Part shown: positions 9,088-18,355 of the stretch, one piece after another
Layout of the letters: each line of letters starts with the position of its first letter
How positions within the stretch are numbered: position 1 is the stretch's first letter
Assembly (NCBI GenBank): GCA_051382295.1
Contig: JBBCAW010000030.1
Location: 1 to 41,883, forward strand
Reading direction: 5' to 3'
Source: Bdellovibrionota bacterium FG-1
GTDB taxonomy: Bacteria > Bdellovibrionota > UBA1018
DNA: 41,883 nt
Program-made: the position numbers and the translations under genes
The notes under the pieces: generated by a model
What the model was told of the DNA's origin: nothing
Seen by the model: the letters and a program-made list of their open reading frames with translations, nothing else
The model's database searches: none

Positions 9088-9528
9088 ATGACTTTTAAAG
9101 GCGCGATGATGGGGTTGGTTGTGGCAGGCATCTTGGGGCAAAATGCATTGGCTGACTCGGTACTGATTAGCCGTTCTTCTTATTATGAGACTCTTAAGTC
9201 TTCAAGTTACCTGGTGGATAGCGCCACTGGATCTGCTTCGGTGGTGTTGAAACTTCAGCGGCTTGAGGAAGGGGACCCCTCGAGGGACCATGCTTCGGTT
9301 CGCCGGGTTATAGGTGCACAGCGAACTTCAGTGATGGGATTAAGCTTTGATGTGCCTTCCTCACAAATTATATTTGCGAGTTCAAAGGGCAAAGTGGTTT
9401 GCGCCACGGTCACTGAAAAGACCGGATTTTTCGGCGGCCGTAAATTAGTGATCAAAAACACGGGCGATTGTCGCGTGATTTCTAAAGTCGAACAACTCGG
9501 GCTGACGATTACTTTCGATACCAAGTAA
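9088..9528 (+). CDS. Secreted hypothetical protein
   Basis: AGGAG RBS; signal peptide ending ALA; paired Cys (VVCATV...GDC). Confidence 0.7.
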   Translation: MTFKGAMMGLVVAGILGQNALADSVLISRSSYYETLKSSSYLVDSATGSASVVLKLQRLEEGDPSRDHASVRRVIGAQRTSVMGLSFDVPSSQIIFASSKGKVVCATVTEKTGFFGGRKLVIKNTGDCRVISKVEQLGLTITFDTK

Positions 9529-9643
9529 AATAACCAATAAATTAGGCCACTTAACTGACTGCGAAGAATAAAAACACAAAAGTTGACTTAATTGGTTTTT
9601 TATCGTACTTATTCACTCAATTATTAATTGAAAAGAGGTATCT

Positions 9644-10588
9644 GTGAAACGAGTATTGATGTCAGTGGCGGTAGTCGGCCTTTCTTATTTCGGAGCGGGT
9701 GCGGCAGGGTGTGGGGGGATCAAAAACCCCCAATATTCTGGAGTTTACTCGCTTAATATAGAAAAAACTCAGTTTTTGGAACAAGACTTTCAGGGCGTTA
9801 AAACTCCCAATGAGGATCTCAAAAAACGGGCGTCTTTGCTGTTGCCTGTGAATCTCAATGTCTTGCAGCGAATGAAATATGAGGGCGGCAACTTTATTCA
9901 TTTTTTGCAGTTCAACGGGAGTGCAGAAAACCCCTGGAACTTAGTCTTAGACCTACCCTCGTTAGTCCATAAGGCTTACGGTGCGGCCCTCAATGAGCAA
10001 GATCCCGATCTCGACGGCGCAAAATTGCCGACAGAAGATGGACAGTCCTACGGAAGCGACGAGTGCAAAACTTATTATTATTATAATGTGGCTTTGGTTT
10101 CTGACGTCGTTAAAAATCATCTCTCGGGTGAGTATTCGCAGGACGCGTCTGGGGTTGCTGATGGCCTCATGACTCAGCCATCGCCACTCGCGTTTGTGGC
10201 AACTTCGAATCATCCGGAAATGCAAATCTATCAGGCCAAAAAACAGGTTGGAACGGATTGGGTTACCTTAAATAAGGGTGACCAAAAAGAGCCTCCGGTC
10301 AATCAGGGCCTGGTTACAGATTGGTCGAATGCCTTAAACACAAACAACGGAATGACCTTGGTTTTGTCGATCAAACGCACGGCGTACACCAAAGGTGGGC
10401 ACTGCGGTAAGATCGCTCAAGGGACGTTGCCTCCATCAGATGGCACGCAGGAGATTATCGCAGTTTATGATTCGACCGATTTTCCGGGCATGCAAAATGA
10501 TGATGGAATCGTCACCGGAAGTCAGTCGGACCTGATAGCGTTGCCGGGCGGGTCTCTTTTTAGTGCGCCGCACTTTTTTCACGACTGA
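9644..10588 (+). CDS. Hypothetical lipoprotein
   Basis: GAGGT RBS, GTG start, lipobox-like AAGC; 314 aa. Confidence 0.7.
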   Translation: MKRVLMSVAVVGLSYFGAGAAGCGGIKNPQYSGVYSLNIEKTQFLEQDFQGVKTPNEDLKKRASLLLPVNLNVLQRMKYEGGNFIHFLQFNGSAENPWNLVLDLPSLVHKAYGAALNEQDPDLDGAKLPTEDGQSYGSDECKTYYYYNVALVSDVVKNHLSGEYSQDASGVADGLMTQPSPLAFVATSNHPEMQIYQAKKQVGTDWVTLNKGDQKEPPVNQGLVTDWSNALNTNNGMTLVLSIKRTAYTKGGHCGKIAQGTLPPSDGTQEIIAVYDSTDFPGMQNDDGIVTGSQSDLIALPGGSLFSAPHFFHD

Positions 10589-10602
10589 TAGTAGCAAAGA
10601 TC

Positions 10603-10637
10603 AAAAAAAAGGGCCGACCTCGTGAAAGGTCGGCCCT
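10603..10637 (-). terminator. Rho-independent terminator of the HU-like gene (possibly bidirectional)
   Basis: 11-bp stem AGGGCCGACCT/AGGTCGGCCCT (10610-10637) with an A8 tract at 10603-10610 (U-tract on minus strand), between convergent genes. Confidence 0.85.
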
Positions 10638-10663
10638 CCTTATAAAAGAGCAAAAAAACCGAA

Positions 10664-11017
10664 TTACCAGTTTTTCTTCGAAGAAAAGGTTTCCTTCAAG
10701 GACTTAGGGAAGGACCAACGTGGCTTCTTGGTAGCTGGACGAGCCTTGGTTACCATAGGTTCACCGGTGAAAGGGTTCGTGGTCTTCACGCCACCCTTCT
10801 TAGCCAAAACGTCCTTACGGACGAGGGCGCCGATGACAGGAAAGCGAACGCGCTCACCTTTGGCGGCATGTTTAGCGGCGGTGGTGAAAGTGTTTTCGAT
10901 GACGGCTTTCACATCCGAGCGTTTCATGCGAACGGTGCCATTGCGGGTGACCTGAGCGGTCTTCAGCAAAGCTTCATGAAGTTCATTGATCAAATTGTAT
11001 CTAGTTTTCTTGGCCAT
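10664..11017 (-). CDS. HU/IHF-family DNA-binding protein
   Basis: Basic 117-aa protein; KGERVRFPVIG, arm TNPFTGEPM...ARPA, F...KSLKE; GGAGG RBS. Confidence 0.85.
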   Translation of the reverse strand: MAKKTRYNLINELHEALLKTAQVTRNGTVRMKRSDVKAVIENTFTTAAKHAAKGERVRFPVIGALVRKDVLAKKGGVKTTNPFTGEPMVTKARPATKKPRWSFPKSLKETFSSKKNW

Positions 11018-11159
11018 TCTTTTAGGGCCTCCTTAGTTCTGGAGTTTTGCAGCGACATTGAATTTTGGCAAGCAAGATTCGCTAATAATCGTCGTAAAAT
11101 CTCACTTTTTTGAAATGAGTGCGATGCGTTGCTCGGAAAAACAGCGGAATGAGGGCTGT

Positions 11160-11633
11160 CTAATGGCTGAGGGGCCTGAATTCTTCAATGCGAATATCGC
11201 CGATTTTTGTTTTTTCGAAATTCACCGGACCTGAAAACGTTCGAATAGGCGTGGAAATCAGAAGAGTGCAATGGATCGTGGCGGTATAGGTCAAAATCCA
11301 GCCTTCACGTTCGGGAACAAACGTTCGGTAGAAAAGGTCCATCTCAAGGCATGAACTTAGATCGATTGAGTTTCCTTGCCGCAAGGCCTCTGCAGCGGTT
11401 CTCATGCGGGAGTTGCTCAAAAATGGAACTTCGATGATGTCTTTGAATTCGGTGGTGAGGATCAGTTTGTCGTTCACGGTATCGACAGTTTCGATGGCTG
11501 CTCCTTTGCCCTTGTTCATCTCATTCGCCGTGAAAAAGATGGCCAAGGGAGGATTTGCGGCCAAGGCGGCTTGAGGGAGCACCGAATTGAGTAATAACAG
11601 CGAAATCCCGGCAATAAAACTAAGGTGTTTCAT
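11160..11633 (-). CDS. Secreted hypothetical protein
   Basis: 157-aa ORF with signal peptide ending ALA. Confidence 0.6.
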   Translation of the reverse strand: MKHLSFIAGISLLLLNSVLPQAALAANPPLAIFFTANEMNKGKGAAIETVDTVNDKLILTTEFKDIIEVPFLSNSRMRTAAEALRQGNSIDLSSCLEMDLFYRTFVPEREGWILTYTATIHCTLLISTPIRTFSGPVNFEKTKIGDIRIEEFRPLSH

Positions 11634-11754
11634 AAGCGGGTTATTTACATTGCACCGCGTTTATTTGCAACCCTAAAAACCCTCGCATTTTCCCTGGTTT
11701 TTCCTTGGTTGAGTGTCACAAAGTATTATAAAAAAAGCTCTGGGGGACGTTTTA

Positions 11755-13986
11755 ATGAAGACCTCGCGACCGTTGATCGGACGCTCTGTAATTCGGAAAG
11801 AGGGCCGTGATAAAGTCACAGGCCTGGCCAAATACGTCGATGACCTGTCGTTTCCCGATATGATTTATGGAGTCACCGTCCGAAGTTCGGTGGCTCGCGG
11901 TCGGCTTCGTAACATTCGATTCGAAGGAAAGCTGCCTTGGGAGCAGTTTACTATCGTAAGAGCTCAGGACATTCCGGGCGACAAACAGGTAGCTATCATT
12001 TTGCACGATCAGCCTTTTTTGGTGGATACGGTGATTAATCATCCCGAAGAGCCGGTGATTTTGTTGGCCCATCCCGACAAACATCTACTTGAAGAAGCGC
12101 GTCGATCGGTGATTTTGGATATTGAGCCACTGCCTGCGGTTTTTACGATTGAAGATTCCTTGGCCAGAACAGAGGTCATTTGGGGAGAGGACAATATTTT
12201 CAAGTCCTACGCTCTCGACAAGGGAGATGTGGATTCCGTTTGGTCGAAGGCAGATTTTATTATTGAGGGTGAATACCGTACCGGAGCGCAAGAACAGCTT
12301 TATATTGAAAACAACGGAATGATCGCGATCGCCAGCCCAAAAGCCGGAGTGACCGTTTGGGGTTCGATGCAGTGTCCTTATTATGTGCATAAAGGCCTGG
12401 TTTCGCTTTTTAAAATGTCCGAAGATCAGATCCGGATTATTCAAACCGAAACGGGCGGCGGTTTTGGAGGCAAAGAAGACTATCCGACCGTCCTTGCCGG
12501 TCATGCCGCTTTGCTGGCGTGGAAGTCGGGAAAACCCGTAAAAATGATTTATGATCGCGCGGAGGACATGGCGGCTACGACTAAGCGGCATCCCTCCCGC
12601 ACCCGACATAAGACGGCCGTGCGAAAAGATGGCACCTTACTCGCACAAGAGATCGAATTCGTGATCGACGGGGGAGCTTATGCGACGCTTTCGTCAGTCG
12701 TTCTCTCGCGTGGGACGATTCATGCTGCAGGACCTTATTTTTGCCCCAATGTGCGGATTCGTTCTTCCGCAGTGGCGACTAATTCGCCGCCGCAAGGGGC
12801 TTTTCGCGGCTTTGGGGCACCTCAAAGTATTTTTGCGCTTGAGCGACATATGGATGAGATTGCGGCAAGGATAGGCATGACTCCTGAAGATCTTCGTCGC
12901 CGCAATTTTATCAAAAAAGGCCAGACGACGGCTACGGGACAGGTCATTCAAGAAGAAGTGAATTTGGGAGGACTTTTAACCCAAGCGCTCGAAAGCAGTC
13001 ATTATTACGAAAAGCAGCGAAAATTTGCTCAGGAAAATCCAAAAAGCAAAATAAAAAAGGGCATCGGATTTTCTGCCTTTATGCATGGCTCTGGTTTTAC
13101 CGGGTCAGGAGAAAGCTATTTGTCCTCAGTAGCGGGGGTCGAGGGTTCTGCCGAGGGTAAGGTTCGGGTCCTCGCTTCCAGTACTGAAATTGGCCAGGGG
13201 GCGAACACAATTTTCACTCAGATTGCGGCCGATGCTCTCGGAATCGACGTGGAAGGTGTTGAGGTCGCTCAGCCGGATACTCGGTTTGTTCCAAACAGCG
13301 GCCCGACGGTTGCTTCTCGGACCACCATGGTGGTCGGAAAACTGGTCGAACGAGCTGCGACGGGGCTTAAGCAGATGCTTTTGCAGAGTGGGTTATTGAG
13401 CGAGCCTTATTGCTCGCTTGAATTTGAAAAGGCCGTTGCGGCGTATGTCGAGAAATTCGGACAGCTCAAATCTTTGAGTCAGTACAAGCAGCCGCCCGGC
13501 ATCCGTTGGGACGATGCCACTTATCGGGGCGATGCCTATGGTACTTTTGCGTGGGCGGTTTATGTCGCCGAAGTCAGTGTGGATACCGTGACCTATGAGA
13601 CGCACGTGGATCGGTTTGTGACTGTTCAGGAGGTGGGCAAAGTCATCAACCCCAACCTTGCGGCGGGACAGATTGAAGGTGGAGTATTGCAGGGGATTGG
13701 CTACGCGCTTTACGAAAACGTCGTTTGGAAAGAGGGCCGGATGAGCAATAACCAAATGACCAATTACATCATTCCGACGGCCGCAGATGCGCCTCCTATT
13801 CATGTTTTATTCGAGGAAGTGCCTTATGCGGAAGGTCCGGCAGGAGCGAAGGGGATTGGCGAGCTTCCGATGGATGGCCCGGCGCCCGCGATCCTCAATG
13901 CGGTGGCAAATGCCACGGGGGCTAGACCGACCGGTAAGTTCAATGAGATTCCGCTTACCCCGGAAAAATTGATGGAGGCTCTGTGA
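11755..13986 (+). CDS. Xanthine dehydrogenase-family molybdopterin-binding large subunit
   Basis: IGRSV.R.EG.DKVTG, GGGFGGK, AFRGFGAPQ, TEIGQG, GQIEGG..QGIG, KGIGE (catalytic Glu). ATG 11755 chosen after a GGGGGA RBS. Confidence 0.95.
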   Translation: MKTSRPLIGRSVIRKEGRDKVTGLAKYVDDLSFPDMIYGVTVRSSVARGRLRNIRFEGKLPWEQFTIVRAQDIPGDKQVAIILHDQPFLVDTVINHPEEPVILLAHPDKHLLEEARRSVILDIEPLPAVFTIEDSLARTEVIWGEDNIFKSYALDKGDVDSVWSKADFIIEGEYRTGAQEQLYIENNGMIAIASPKAGVTVWGSMQCPYYVHKGLVSLFKMSEDQIRIIQTETGGGFGGKEDYPTVLAGHAALLAWKSGKPVKMIYDRAEDMAATTKRHPSRTRHKTAVRKDGTLLAQEIEFVIDGGAYATLSSVVLSRGTIHAAGPYFCPNVRIRSSAVATNSPPQGAFRGFGAPQSIFALERHMDEIAARIGMTPEDLRRRNFIKKGQTTATGQVIQEEVNLGGLLTQALESSHYYEKQRKFAQENPKSKIKKGIGFSAFMHGSGFTGSGESYLSSVAGVEGSAEGKVRVLASSTEIGQGANTIFTQIAADALGIDVEGVEVAQPDTRFVPNSGPTVASRTTMVVGKLVERAATGLKQMLLQSGLLSEPYCSLEFEKAVAAYVEKFGQLKSLSQYKQPPGIRWDDATYRGDAYGTFAWAVYVAEVSVDTVTYETHVDRFVTVQEVGKVINPNLAAGQIEGGVLQGIGYALYENVVWKEGRMSNNQMTNYIIPTAADAPPIHVLFEEVPYAEGPAGAKGIGELPMDGPAPAILNAVANATGARPTGKFNEIPLTPEKLMEAL

Positions 13987-14465
13987 TTCAGGTCAAATGT
14001 CGAGTGAATCAAGAGGCGCACACCTTTCATGTCCATCCCATGACCAGGCTTTTGGACGTGCTCCGCGAGAAGGCCGGATTGACGGGGACAAAAGAGGGTT
14101 GTGGCGAGGGTGAGTGTGGGGCTTGTTCGGTTATTGTCGATGGCGAGATTGTGATGAGTTGTCTTGTGCCGGTTGCTCAGGTCGAAGGCGCTGACATTCG
14201 GACCATTGAAGGGATTGCTGATGGAGCGAAGCTTCATGCGGTTCAAAAGGCGTTTCTTGAGCACGGGGGGGCCCAATGCGGATTTTGCACTCCGGGAATG
14301 ATTTTGGCGGCGGTTCAATTGCTTGAAAAAAATCCTCAACCCACGGAAGAGGATATTCGACACGGGCTTGCCGGAAATCTTTGCCGTTGCACGGGATATG
14401 TCAAAATATTTGATTCGGTTCAAAAGGCCTCTGAGGCGTTGAGTGGATCGGGGGTTCACAAGTGA
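13983..14465 (+). CDS. Mo-hydroxylase 2Fe-2S small subunit (CoxS-like)
   Basis: GTKEGCGEGECGACSV, QCGFCTPGM, GNLCRCTGY. Confidence 0.95.
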   Translation: MIQVKCRVNQEAHTFHVHPMTRLLDVLREKAGLTGTKEGCGEGECGACSVIVDGEIVMSCLVPVAQVEGADIRTIEGIADGAKLHAVQKAFLEHGGAQCGFCTPGMILAAVQLLEKNPQPTEEDIRHGLAGNLCRCTGYVKIFDSVQKASEALSGSGVHK

Positions 14466-15334
14466 GAACCTATCTTGAAGCGTATGAACTCAAAAAACCG
14501 CGGGACTTATCTGAGGCGCTCGGCATTTTGAGCGCTCATCCGGGGCAATGGCAGCCATTGGCCGGAGGCACTGATTTGATGGTTCTTCTGGAGGCAGGAA
14601 AGCTTCAGCAGAAAAAATTGCTGAGCATCCATCATTTTAAGCGGCTTAAGGAATGGGGTGGTATTGAGAGCCACCGTGATTTTGTTGCAATCGGCGCTCT
14701 TGCCAATTACAGCCAAATTCAGGCTGATTCTACGCTTCAAGCTGAGTTTCCGTTGCTTTGCCAGGCCGCCCGCCAAACCGGAGCGTTGGGCATTCAAAAC
14801 CGTGGAACCATCGGCGGCAATATTGTGAACGCCTCGCCAGCGGCGGATTCACCGCCTGGATTACTCGTTTATGATACGGAGCTTGAGCTGATTTCGCTTT
14901 CGGGGGTGCGGCGGGTTCCTTTTGAAGGCTTTCATACCGGATATAAGAAAATCCAGCTGAGGCCCGATGAACTTTTACAACGGATCCTTGTGCGGCGAAA
15001 TACGTCGGGAACGCATCAGTATTTTAGAAAAGTGGGCACGAGGCGCGCTCAGGCGATATCCCAGGTTTCTTTTGCAGGGCTTGCTCGATCCGAAAACGGG
15101 GTTGTGCGCGAAATTCGCCTAGCGATGGGAAGTGTCGCTCCCACGGTGCTGAGATGCCGGCGGACCGAGGCGGTGATTCGAGGTCAGAAGATCAGTGCTG
15201 ATCTCATTTTTAAAGCCCGTAGTGAACTCAGTGCAGAAATATCCCCGATCGATGATATTCGCTCAACGGCCTTGTTTCGAAGACGTGTTGCTCAAAATCT
15301 TCTGGAAGAATTTCTATGTGGAATTGGCTCGTAA
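14462..15334 (+). CDS. Mo-hydroxylase FAD-binding medium subunit (CoxM-like)
   Basis: LAGGTDL, IQNRGTIGGNIVNASPAAD, PIDDIRS. Confidence 0.95.
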   Translation: MRTYLEAYELKKPRDLSEALGILSAHPGQWQPLAGGTDLMVLLEAGKLQQKKLLSIHHFKRLKEWGGIESHRDFVAIGALANYSQIQADSTLQAEFPLLCQAARQTGALGIQNRGTIGGNIVNASPAADSPPGLLVYDTELELISLSGVRRVPFEGFHTGYKKIQLRPDELLQRILVRRNTSGTHQYFRKVGTRRAQAISQVSFAGLARSENGVVREIRLAMGSVAPTVLRCRRTEAVIRGQKISADLIFKARSELSAEISPIDDIRSTALFRRRVAQNLLEEFLCGIGS

Positions 15335-16092
15335 AGCTTCAGGAACTGGGCGCTGAGGGAGCTCCGGTTGTGATGGTGACTGTGACCCAATGTACGGGGT
15401 CAACCCCACGGGAGCCCGGCGCAAAAATGCTGGTCCTGGGCGATGGCCGGTTTTTTGGGACCATCGGGGGTGGAAATTTAGAGCAACTCGCCATAGATGA
15501 CGCAAAAAAAAGCCTAGAAACAGGCCAGTCGCGAGTGATTAAATATCCGCTCGGTGCGAAAGCGGGCCAATGTTGTGGTGGCACGGTCGAACTGTTTTTT
15601 GAGGTGCTCCATCAGGGGCCACGGCTTTATGTTTTTGGAGCGGGGCATGTGGGGCAAGCGGTTTGCCGGGTATTTGCTGGTACTCCTTTTGTGGTTCATC
15701 TGATCGATGAGCGAGAGGAATGGATCGGTTCGGATACGATTCCGGCGCAAACGATTCGTCATCATTGTGAGTGGGACGATTTTGTAAAAACTGCACAATG
15801 GAGTGGTGAGCAGACCTATGCCGTCGTGATGACCTATCGACATGATCTGGATGAAAAAATCATCAAGGACCTCGTAGGACGTGCTGCAAAATACCTCGGC
15901 CTCATTGGCAGTCGGGCTAAATGGGAGCGTTTTAAGCATCGACTTTCGGGGCAGGGAATTTCGCAGGAGAAGCTAGATCGCGTGAAGTGTCCCTTAGGTC
16001 TCGATATCGGTGATGGAAAAACGCCGCAAGAAATCGCGATTAGTTTAGCGGCTGAGGCAATGAGTGTTTATTACGGTAAAGCCCTGAAATGA
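15316..16092 (+). CDS. xdhC: XdhC-family Moco insertion accessory protein
   Basis: GSTPREPGAKM, GTIGGGNLE, CCGG, FGAGHVG, YLGLIGSRAK, KTPQEIAIS. Confidence 0.92.
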   Translation: MWNWLVKLQELGAEGAPVVMVTVTQCTGSTPREPGAKMLVLGDGRFFGTIGGGNLEQLAIDDAKKSLETGQSRVIKYPLGAKAGQCCGGTVELFFEVLHQGPRLYVFGAGHVGQAVCRVFAGTPFVVHLIDEREEWIGSDTIPAQTIRHHCEWDDFVKTAQWSGEQTYAVVMTYRHDLDEKIIKDLVGRAAKYLGLIGSRAKWERFKHRLSGQGISQEKLDRVKCPLGLDIGDGKTPQEIAISLAAEAMSVYYGKALK

Positions 16093-16715
16093 GTCGGTTT
16101 GTCACGGTGATCTTGGCCGGTGGTTGGGGCAGCCGCATGGGGGTTCCTAAGGGGCTCGTTGAGTTTGAGGGAAGACCTTGGCTTTTGGAGCAGTTGCGAC
16201 GGTATCGAGAGGTTTGCGCGGGCCCGGCGGTGGTGGTTTTAGGCCATTGTTTCGCCGATTATTTTCGAGCGATTCTGTGGATGGAGGCGGCTTGCAAGGC
16301 TCCCTTCGAGTGGGAAGGCTTGCCGGTGAGCGTGGTCGTTAATGAAAACCCTGAATTTGGGCAATTTTCTTCGCTTCAGGCGGGGGCGAGGAATTTGGAT
16401 TTGGCGAAGATTGCCGGCGTTTTTGTTTTGCCGGTAGATGTGCCGGTGGCGGGTTCCGAGGTTTGGTGTGCGCTGAAAGATCAAATGCGCGGGGAAATCG
16501 ACGCGTGTATTCCGGTGTGTGAGGGCCAGGGGGGGCATCCCGTTTTGCTTTCTAGCGATTTTCTCGAAAAAATGGCGCGTCTATCCGCAGATTCGCGGTT
16601 GGATGTGCAGCTTCAGTCTTTGCCGATGGGGCGAGTTTTGCGAGTGGCGGTGGGGGATCCAGGAGTTTTGAAGAATATGAATACGCCGGCGGATTGGGGT
16701 AGGGGCTCGCGGTAA
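16089..16715 (+). CDS. MocA-like molybdenum cofactor cytidylyltransferase (NTP_transf_3)
   Basis: VILAGG.GSRMG.PK, GQFSSLQAG, PVDVP, GGHPV, NMNTPAD; last gene of the xdh operon. Confidence 0.85.
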   Translation: MSRFVTVILAGGWGSRMGVPKGLVEFEGRPWLLEQLRRYREVCAGPAVVVLGHCFADYFRAILWMEAACKAPFEWEGLPVSVVVNENPEFGQFSSLQAGARNLDLAKIAGVFVLPVDVPVAGSEVWCALKDQMRGEIDACIPVCEGQGGHPVLLSSDFLEKMARLSADSRLDVQLQSLPMGRVLRVAVGDPGVLKNMNTPADWGRGSR

Positions 16716-16798
16716 AAGCTGTCGGGGTCGGCCATCCTTAGCCTCCGCGCGAAGAGCGCCTCCTGCGCGCGCGGATCCCCTCACTTTTACCGGGAGCC
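16704..16798 (-). ncRNA. Dispersed structured element copy 2
   Basis: Minus strand reads GGCTCCCGGTAAAAG-TGAGGGGATCCGCGCGCGCAGGAGGCGCTCTTCGCGCGGAGGCTAAGGATGGCCGACCCCGACAG-CTTTTACCGCGAGCC: same core, different but paired outer stem. Overlaps the mocA-like stop codon. Confidence 0.7.
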
Positions 16799-17001
16799 AC
16801 TTAAGTGGGTACGGGGATCGGGATCAGGATCGGGGAGATTCAGCGGTGCGAGTGATATTTTTTAGAATTTCTCAAAAATCACTCCATCCTTACTGGCACT
16901 GCAAAGAAGATAGGGGTTTTGTTATCGGGTTTTCATAAAACCAAACCGGACAGCTCTCTGCCATGAGAACTCGGGTTATGCTGTACCCCAAGCACCTCTC
17001 A

Positions 17002-17151
17002 TTATTGTCTCAAGTAGGCGGAAACCACGTCAGCTAGAAAAAGCAGAATCTTAGCGAGGACATAGAGTCGCCAGGTTTTCAGCTTAAGTTTTTCCAGCTT
17101 TAGACGAAAAGAATAATAGTTGGCTTGTTCACCAATCTGTTTATTTTTCAT
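17002..17151 (-). CDS. 49-aa basic peptide with hydrophobic C-terminus (type I toxin-like candidate)
   Basis: GAGGT SD 7 nt before ATG 17151; MKNKQ...RLKLEKLKLKTWRLYVLAKILLFLADVVSAYLRQ; embedded in a self-complementary unit. Confidence 0.5.
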   Translation of the reverse strand: MKNKQIGEQANYYSFRLKLEKLKLKTWRLYVLAKILLFLADVVSAYLRQ

Positions 17152-17220
17152 CGGGGTTACCTCTTTCTTTGGGGAATGAGGTAGCTCCATCTACTCTGTC
17201 CGATTTGGCGGAGACACTCA

Positions 17221-17238
17221 AAGCAAATTCAATGCCGT
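17221..17238 (-). promoter_or_regulatory. Putative sigma54 (-24/-12) promoter
   Basis: Minus strand ACGGCATTGAATTTGCTT has exact GG-N10-GC spacing with GGCA and TTGCT. The predicted start (~17211) coincides with the 5' arm of a 13-bp long-range helix. Confidence 0.55.
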
Positions 17239-17419
17239 AGGTTTTTGGCCATTTTTCAGCTATTTTTGCGATGATTTGGCTGTTTTTAGGTCAGTCAGTC
17301 CGAAAATGAGACTGTAAAAATACTTATTTCCTAGCCGCCTGCCGCGACTATTTCGAGTCCCCCCACGTATCACCTCCCGAGAGAGAAATTCAGCACCAAT
17401 AACACCTGGGGGGGTAGTC

Positions 17420-18292
17420 ATGCATTTTCGTTTCAATGGCATAGGCGGACTTGTTTCTTTGATCGTTTTTTTAACGTTTATGGGCTGTGATTCTCCGGGA
17501 GCCGCGCCTGGGGCCTTGCAAAGTCAAATCGATACCACAGCTCAAAGTCCCACGAGCCCCAGCAGTACAGCGACCGACCCGACGCTAGCTAGCACGCCAC
17601 CTTCGACCCCTATTTCTCCATCGACTCAAACTCAGAACCCCACTCCCCAACCCACGCCGCCCGTGCCTGTCCCCACGCCTTCTCCCACCCCATCGCCTTC
17701 GGCGACTTCAGTGGTCAATGCCCCAGTAGTCGGAGAGTCTTGTCTGAGTGGTGACGCCAACAAAATTTGTTTAGCGACCCACTTTGTGACTTATGAAAAC
17801 TCGGCTGGAACAGCCGTAGCGAGCATTACCCAAGCAGGGACGATCATTCATACGATGAACACCCTTTGGGGCAAATGCGACATCGGATTTCAGATCATGA
17901 AATACGAGGCAGTCGACCCTACGAAATATGGCCTTTCTTATGGTGCGGCTTCTCAAAATGAGCTCAACCAGATTCGGAACACCTTTTCCACCGCGGCCAA
18001 TGAGCTTCTAGCCGTGACCACCGGTCCGTGGGGAACCGCCGTCAATGCCTGGACCAATATGCCAGGGTATGGCGTTTATGGTGCGGTCATGGAGGCCAGC
18101 ATTGTCGCCTATGGCGGCGGCATCATCTACGCGCATGAATTCGGCCACTATCTGGGCTTAGACCATGTATCGAATTCATCCAATCTCATGAGTCCCATTA
18201 TTGCCACTACTTCGACCAACTTGACGGCCGCTCAATGTCAGGCCGCAGTAAATACGGTTGGGTCCTATTGGCCAGCGATGGTTCTCAAATAG
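17420..18292 (+). CDS. Lipoprotein metzincin zinc metallopeptidase with Pro/Thr/Ser-rich linker
   Basis: FMGC lipobox; PT-rich stalk; HEFGHYLGLDH plus NLM Met-turn. Confidence 0.88.
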   Translation: MHFRFNGIGGLVSLIVFLTFMGCDSPGAAPGALQSQIDTTAQSPTSPSSTATDPTLASTPPSTPISPSTQTQNPTPQPTPPVPVPTPSPTPSPSATSVVNAPVVGESCLSGDANKICLATHFVTYENSAGTAVASITQAGTIIHTMNTLWGKCDIGFQIMKYEAVDPTKYGLSYGAASQNELNQIRNTFSTAANELLAVTTGPWGTAVNAWTNMPGYGVYGAVMEASIVAYGGGIIYAHEFGHYLGLDHVSNSSNLMSPIIATTSTNLTAAQCQAAVNTVGSYWPAMVLK

Positions 18293-18355
18293 TCACCACT
18301 CAAATAGCTGGATTTGACTATTGTTCCTTCTCTGAACTTCGCATAAAAACAAGGG

